NCBI GenBank assembly: GCA_963675665.1
Contig: OY776510.1
Coordinates: forward strand, 3,360,001-3,424,000
DNA length: 64,000 nucleotides
Source: Spirochaetia bacterium
GTDB taxonomy: Bacteria; Spirochaetota; Spirochaetia; UBA9216
Direction: 5' to 3'
Part shown: positions 59,866 through 64,000 of the stretch, one piece after another
How positions within the stretch are numbered: position 1 is the stretch's first letter
How the letters are laid out: each line of letters begins with the position of its first letter
Program-made: the position numbers and the translations under genes
Notes under the pieces: generated by a model
What the model saw: only the letters and a program-made list of their open reading frames with translations
What the model was told of the DNA's origin: nothing
The model's database searches: none

Positions 59866-60618
59866 ATGAGACAATCATTTATAGCCGGAAACTGGAAAAT
59901 GCATAAGACGCCTGCTGAGGCATGTGCGCTTGCTGAAGAACTGATAGCGGGTCTTGCAGGGTGCAGGCACAAGCTGCTGATAGCTCCCAGTTTTACTGCA
60001 CTTGAATCAGTTGCAAAAGTAGTTAAAGGAAGTAATATTCTTTTAGGCGCGCAGAATATGGCGACAGAAGAACAGGGCGCACATACCGGAGAGACATCAG
60101 TACTGATGCTGAAGGCAATCGGTGTTGACGTAGTTATTCTCGGGCATTCCGAAAGACGCCATGTCTACGGTGAAACCGATGAAATGATAAACAAGAAAGT
60201 AATGCTTGCTCTTGCAAACGGTCTCGAGGTTATTCTGTGTGTAGGCGAAACTCTTGAAGAGAGAGAAGCCGGAAAGGCGGAAGAAGTTGTAAAAACACAG
60301 ACAGAAGCGGGACTTGCGGGTGTAAGCGAAGCTGAACTTGCAAAAGTTACAATAGCTTACGAGCCGGTCTGGGCTATCGGCACAGGTAAAACAGCAACTC
60401 CCGATGATGCTGATTCAATTCACAAGGTTACGCGTGATACCGTAAAATCACTTTATTCGGCAGACGCTGCTGAGAAAATGGTTATTCAGTACGGCGGATC
60501 AGTAAAACCCGACAATGCCGCAGAGTTGATGGGTATGGAAAATATTGACGGAGCGCTTGTCGGCGGAGCATCTTTAAAAGCAGATTTGTTTTTACCTATA
60601 GCCTTATACGATAAATAA
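59866..60618 (+). CDS. tpiA: Triosephosphate isomerase
   Basis: AGNWKM, GHSERR, AYEPVWAIGTG and YGGSV motifs. Confidence 0.98.
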   Translation: MRQSFIAGNWKMHKTPAEACALAEELIAGLAGCRHKLLIAPSFTALESVAKVVKGSNILLGAQNMATEEQGAHTGETSVLMLKAIGVDVVILGHSERRHVYGETDEMINKKVMLALANGLEVILCVGETLEEREAGKAEEVVKTQTEAGLAGVSEAELAKVTIAYEPVWAIGTGKTATPDDADSIHKVTRDTVKSLYSADAAEKMVIQYGGSVKPDNAAELMGMENIDGALVGGASLKADLFLPIALYDK

Positions 60619-60630
60619 GTGTATACTGGG

Positions 60631-60656
60631 TTCCATCTGTATAATTGCAGATGGAA
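60631..60656 (+). other. Intergenic hairpin between tpiA and secG
   Basis: TTCCATCTGTA-TAAT-TGCAGATGGAA. Confidence 0.55.
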
Positions 60657-60680
60657 TCAATAATTTTACTGGAGTTTTAA

Positions 60681-60998
60681 ATGGGTGCAGTTGGAGTTGC
60701 GTTGCTGGTGCTTTTTTGTATAAGCGCTGTTCTACTTATTATTATAGTTATGCTGCAGGATGAGCAGGGCGAAGGCCTCGGAGGTATATTCGGCGGAGGC
60801 AGTTCGTCAGCTTTCGGAAGCCGCAGCGGAAATATTCTTACAAAATTTACATCAATACTCGGAGCAATTTTTATTATAACAGCCTTTTCCATGGCATGGT
60901 ATAACAGAACTATCGATGACAGTGATCTTTTGAAAGCTGCAAAAGAGAATACCGAAGTGCAGGAAACCGGTGAGTGGTGGGACGTTCCTGAAAACTAA
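60681..60998 (+). CDS. secG: Preprotein translocase subunit SecG
   Basis: Two TM segments flanking LQ...G.GLGG.FGGG....FG.R...L.K.T. Confidence 0.92.
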   Translation: MGAVGVALLVLFCISAVLLIIIVMLQDEQGEGLGGIFGGGSSSAFGSRSGNILTKFTSILGAIFIITAFSMAWYNRTIDDSDLLKAAKENTEVQETGEWWDVPEN

Positions 60999-61007
60999 TC
61001 AGCGGGC

Positions 61008-62096
61008 ATGGTAGTGAATTTTAAAAAAAATAATTTATTATTAATAATTTTTCTTTGTTTTGGTTCTGTTTTATTCGGACAGTCTATTTCAATAGCGAAA
61101 CCTGCCGCATCAATAAATCTTGTTAAACCGGAACTGGTTTCCGTTCAGCAGCTTAATGCGCAGATTGAAGCTATAACAGCATTGAGAATGCGGGCAGGTC
61201 AGACCGCCGGTATAAGTACAAAAGCGGAAAAGCTGGAAGTCCTCGATATGATGATATCGGACATCCTGATTATGCAGGGTGCTGAAAGAGACGGTATAAA
61301 AGCTGAAAAATCAGAGGTGGATACTGCTGTTGCAAATCAGAAGTCACAATATGAACAGCAGAAGCGAAGAGCCTATTCAGATACTGAATTCAGAAATGAA
61401 GTTCTAAGAGAAACGGGATACAGCTGGGATAAATATGTAGACCAGCTTGAAAAGCAAATCGTTCAGCAAAAATATATTGTCGCAAAAAAGCAGGCGGATA
61501 TTCAAAAAATGATGAAAATGCCTGATAATAACGATATTGCAAAATTCTATCGTGAAAACAAAACAAAATTTTCAAATCCTGACATGGTCCGTTACAGCCA
61601 GATATTTATCAGTTCAATCAATATGGATTCAAATAAAAAGAAAGAAGCGGAACAGCGTGCTGAAGAAGCATATAGAAAATATCAGAACGGATCTGCGACT
61701 TTTGAGCAGCTTGTTAATGATTATACTGAAGATCAGAATGCAAAATACAGAAACGGTGATTCAGGTTATATAGCGTATAATGATTCTTCCGCATTGGGAT
61801 ATCTTGGAAAGACATTTATGGATGCTCTTTTTTCTACTGAAACAGGAGAAGTAAGCGGAGTTATAAAATCAAACATAGGTTATCATATAATAAAAATAAC
61901 TGATTATCGTGAAGCAAGGTTATTGACCCTTGACGATAATATTCTTCCAACCATTAATCAGTCAGTCAGGGAATATATAGCGCAGCAGCTTATTGTGCAG
62001 GCACAGAACACAGCATTGTCGCAAGCGTTGAAAGATCTTGTGGAAGACTTAAAGAAAGACGCCGATATAAGGATTTTCGAGGGAAATATCGACTGA
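61008..62096 (+). CDS. SurA/PrsA-like peptidyl-prolyl isomerase
   Basis: Signal peptide, SurA-N-like region, parvulin motifs FEQLV..Y.ED...GD.G and GEVSGVIKSNIGYHIIK. Confidence 0.85.
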   Translation: MVVNFKKNNLLLIIFLCFGSVLFGQSISIAKPAASINLVKPELVSVQQLNAQIEAITALRMRAGQTAGISTKAEKLEVLDMMISDILIMQGAERDGIKAEKSEVDTAVANQKSQYEQQKRRAYSDTEFRNEVLRETGYSWDKYVDQLEKQIVQQKYIVAKKQADIQKMMKMPDNNDIAKFYRENKTKFSNPDMVRYSQIFISSINMDSNKKKEAEQRAEEAYRKYQNGSATFEQLVNDYTEDQNAKYRNGDSGYIAYNDSSALGYLGKTFMDALFSTETGEVSGVIKSNIGYHIIKITDYREARLLTLDDNILPTINQSVREYIAQQLIVQAQNTALSQALKDLVEDLKKDADIRIFEGNID

Positions 62097-62509
62097 TGGG
62101 CATCAGGAGAAAAGGCAGAGTTATTGCATTCCAGACTGTTTTCAGCTGGGATGCAAACAAAAGCAGTCTGGAAGAACTTCTAAAATTCCAATGGCTTGAT
62201 TCAGATGATTATAAAAAAAGCCAGAACGCACTTGATTTTGCGAGGTTGCTTGCCGCAGGAACAGTAGAAAATATCGATATTGTAGACAGTACCATAAATG
62301 AAAATCTTGTAAACTGGAAATTCAGCCGGCTGTCGCGTGTAGATTTGGCGATACTCAGGATAAGTGTATACAGTTTATTGTTTCGTGATGAGATTCCCAG
62401 AAAAGTTACTATCGATGAAGCTGTTGATATCGCAAAAAGTTATGGAAGCGACGAGTCTTATAAATTTGTAAACGGGGTATTGGACAGCATAAAAAAAGGG
62501 AATGATTGA
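62096..62509 (+). CDS. nusB: Transcription antitermination factor NusB
   Basis: RRKGR..A.Q, RL..VD.AILR, IDEAVDIAK.Y and FVNGVLD motifs. Confidence 0.95.
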   Translation: MGIRRKGRVIAFQTVFSWDANKSSLEELLKFQWLDSDDYKKSQNALDFARLLAAGTVENIDIVDSTINENLVNWKFSRLSRVDLAILRISVYSLLFRDEIPRKVTIDEAVDIAKSYGSDESYKFVNGVLDSIKKGND

Positions 62510-64000
62510 TTTTATAAAAAAAAATAAAATTATAATTTCTATTGCAATCGTTCTGATTATCTCAGGTGTATTTTTTATTTTATTTAATAGTAAAAACAAG
62601 AAAGAAGTTTTTTTTAAAGAAATTAATGCCATTGATAAAAATATAGATTCCGGATTTTATCGAAATGCTTCCGAACAGCTTGATGAATTATATCATGAAA
62701 TTAATAACAGTAAAGATGCAATTATATTTTTAAAACGGGCGTATAAATTAGCATCGGAAGAAAATAACTACAGGAATTTATCAATTTATGCTGAAAAATT
62801 GAGTATAAGATTTAAAAATAATATTGAAATAATTGCAGTAAACACTTTTGCCAAACAGAAAACAGGAAATTACGGAAAAGCATTGGAGATATCCGAAAAA
62901 AAAACTTCCAGGTCTGATTACAGCAGTCTGTATTACCTGAGTGTACTCAAGACAGGGTTAGTAATAGATGATAAAAGTATTATAAAAAGTATACCTGAAG
63001 AGTTTTTATTTTTATTTGAAAATACAATGATTACACCGGATATTCTGCTGAAATCCGCCGGTCTGAATTATGATGAGAGATATTATCTTGATGCATCACT
63101 TCTTTATTTAACAGAAGGATTACGGGAAGAAGCCTGGAATTGTATTAATAAAATAAAACAGGACTCATATAATGAATTTAAAATGTATTTGGCTTACGAT
63201 AATGAAGATTTTACAGGTGCTGAAAAGTATTTCAGGCAGATGAATGATCTTGAGAGAAACGATTATTATAATATGCTTACCGGATGCGACATTCTGCTGA
63301 GAAACGGAAAATCTGTTGAGGCTTCCGAATATTATAAAAAAATGATCAGCGAAAACTCGTTCGAATCAAGTATTCCTTTTCGTAATCTTTATTCAATGGA
63401 ACGCAGTAATGGTACCGGTTATAAATGGCTTGCAGAAGGATTAAAAATATTTCCGGAAAATGAAGAATTAATTCTTGCCTTTTCATGGGAGATTTTTATA
63501 TCAAATGATATGGAAAGACTTTCTGCACTGCCTTATTTTACCGGTGAAAACAATAATGAATTAATAAAATTGTTTGAAGTCAGTTTACTTCATGGAAATA
63601 GAAGTCCTGAATATCTAATCGGGAGTTACTGGAATCTTTTTAACATGAAACCGCAATCTGAAAGTATAGCCGTGGCATTTGCAAATTTTCTGATAAAAAA
63701 TCGACAATATAACCAGTTGCGACTGCTTGTCGAAAAATATAATAAAACAAACGGTATTTCAGCCTGGACTGAAGAATATTCGGCAATTTTAAATGCTCTG
63801 GAAGGAAATATTGAGGAAGCAATTCTTTATTCAGAATCTGCATTGTCAATAAAAGAAAATACAAGGAATTTATTTAACCACGCAGTAATTAATGAGCTTA
63901 ACGGAAATTATAAAAAGGCAATTGAAACACTCGAACGGGTTCTGCTTGAAGAAGAGTCGATTCAAACAGATAAAGATGTTATAGGAAAAACTTGTTACAA
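62502..64000 (+). CDS. Membrane-anchored TPR-like hypothetical protein (partial, runs off the window)
   Basis: ATG at 62502 overlaps the nusB stop; MIDFIKKNKIIISIAIVLIISGVFFILF N-terminal anchor; frame appears open to the window end, which explains its absence from the ORF track. Confidence 0.7.
   Translation, partial: MIDFIKKNKIIISIAIVLIISGVFFILFNSKNKKEVFFKEINAIDKNIDSGFYRNASEQLDELYHEINNSKDAIIFLKRAYKLASEENNYRNLSIYAEKLSIRFKNNIEIIAVNTFAKQKTGNYGKALEISEKKTSRSDYSSLYYLSVLKTGLVIDDKSIIKSIPEEFLFLFENTMITPDILLKSAGLNYDERYYLDASLLYLTEGLREEAWNCINKIKQDSYNEFKMYLAYDNEDFTGAEKYFRQMNDLERNDYYNMLTGCDILLRNGKSVEASEYYKKMISENSFESSIPFRNLYSMERSNGTGYKWLAEGLKIFPENEELILAFSWEIFISNDMERLSALPYFTGENNNELIKLFEVSLLHGNRSPEYLIGSYWNLFNMKPQSESIAVAFANFLIKNRQYNQLRLLVEKYNKTNGISAWTEEYSAILNALEGNIEEAILYSESALSIKENTRNLFNHAVINELNGNYKKAIETLERVLLEEESIQTDKDVIGKTCY

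Noticed and set aside
62516-62615. Phase-variable homopolymer tracts (A9, T8) at the 5' end of the last gene
   Set aside because: A/T runs of this length are common throughout this AT-rich window and the frame appears intact

Overview
A gene-dense, low-GC (roughly 40% by eye) chromosomal region, inferred to come from a free-living spirochete (Spirochaetales-like). The inference rests on the gap-pgk-tpiA-secG-PPIase-nusB order, the E-DUF2764-A-B-D-I-K V-ATPase operon and a spirochete-type EF-G2. Contents are mostly housekeeping: the 3' end of a membrane pyrophosphatase, the glycine cleavage operon gcvT-H-PA-PB, rubrerythrin, tRNA-Asn, a large LVIVD-repeat lipoprotein, an MFS transporter, a radical SAM/PilZ operon, mfd, trmB, citrate synthase, pdhABC, two tandem non-canonical EF-G paralogues, tRNA-Val, yggS, rluD, murI, rsgA, mutS2, V-type ATPase, ispG, uvrA, an LptD-like protein, phoH-HD-ybeY-ybeX, glycolytic genes, secG and nusB. 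I found no integrase, transposase, prophage, CRISPR array or recognisable defence system. The most unusual locus is 22.5-27.1 kb. It holds two EF-G paralogues with complementary motif degeneration, one with DTPGA and NKMN in place of DTPGH and NKxD. It also has an in-frame 24-bp triplication of that gene's amber stop, in which each copy can fold into a GGA-loop hairpin, and a promoter-driven leader of about 140 nt with alternative pairings upstream of a secreted protein. Also notable are an apparent CUG start for mutS2 and several apparently leaderless genes. All functional calls come from motif recognition by eye; no database searches were run.
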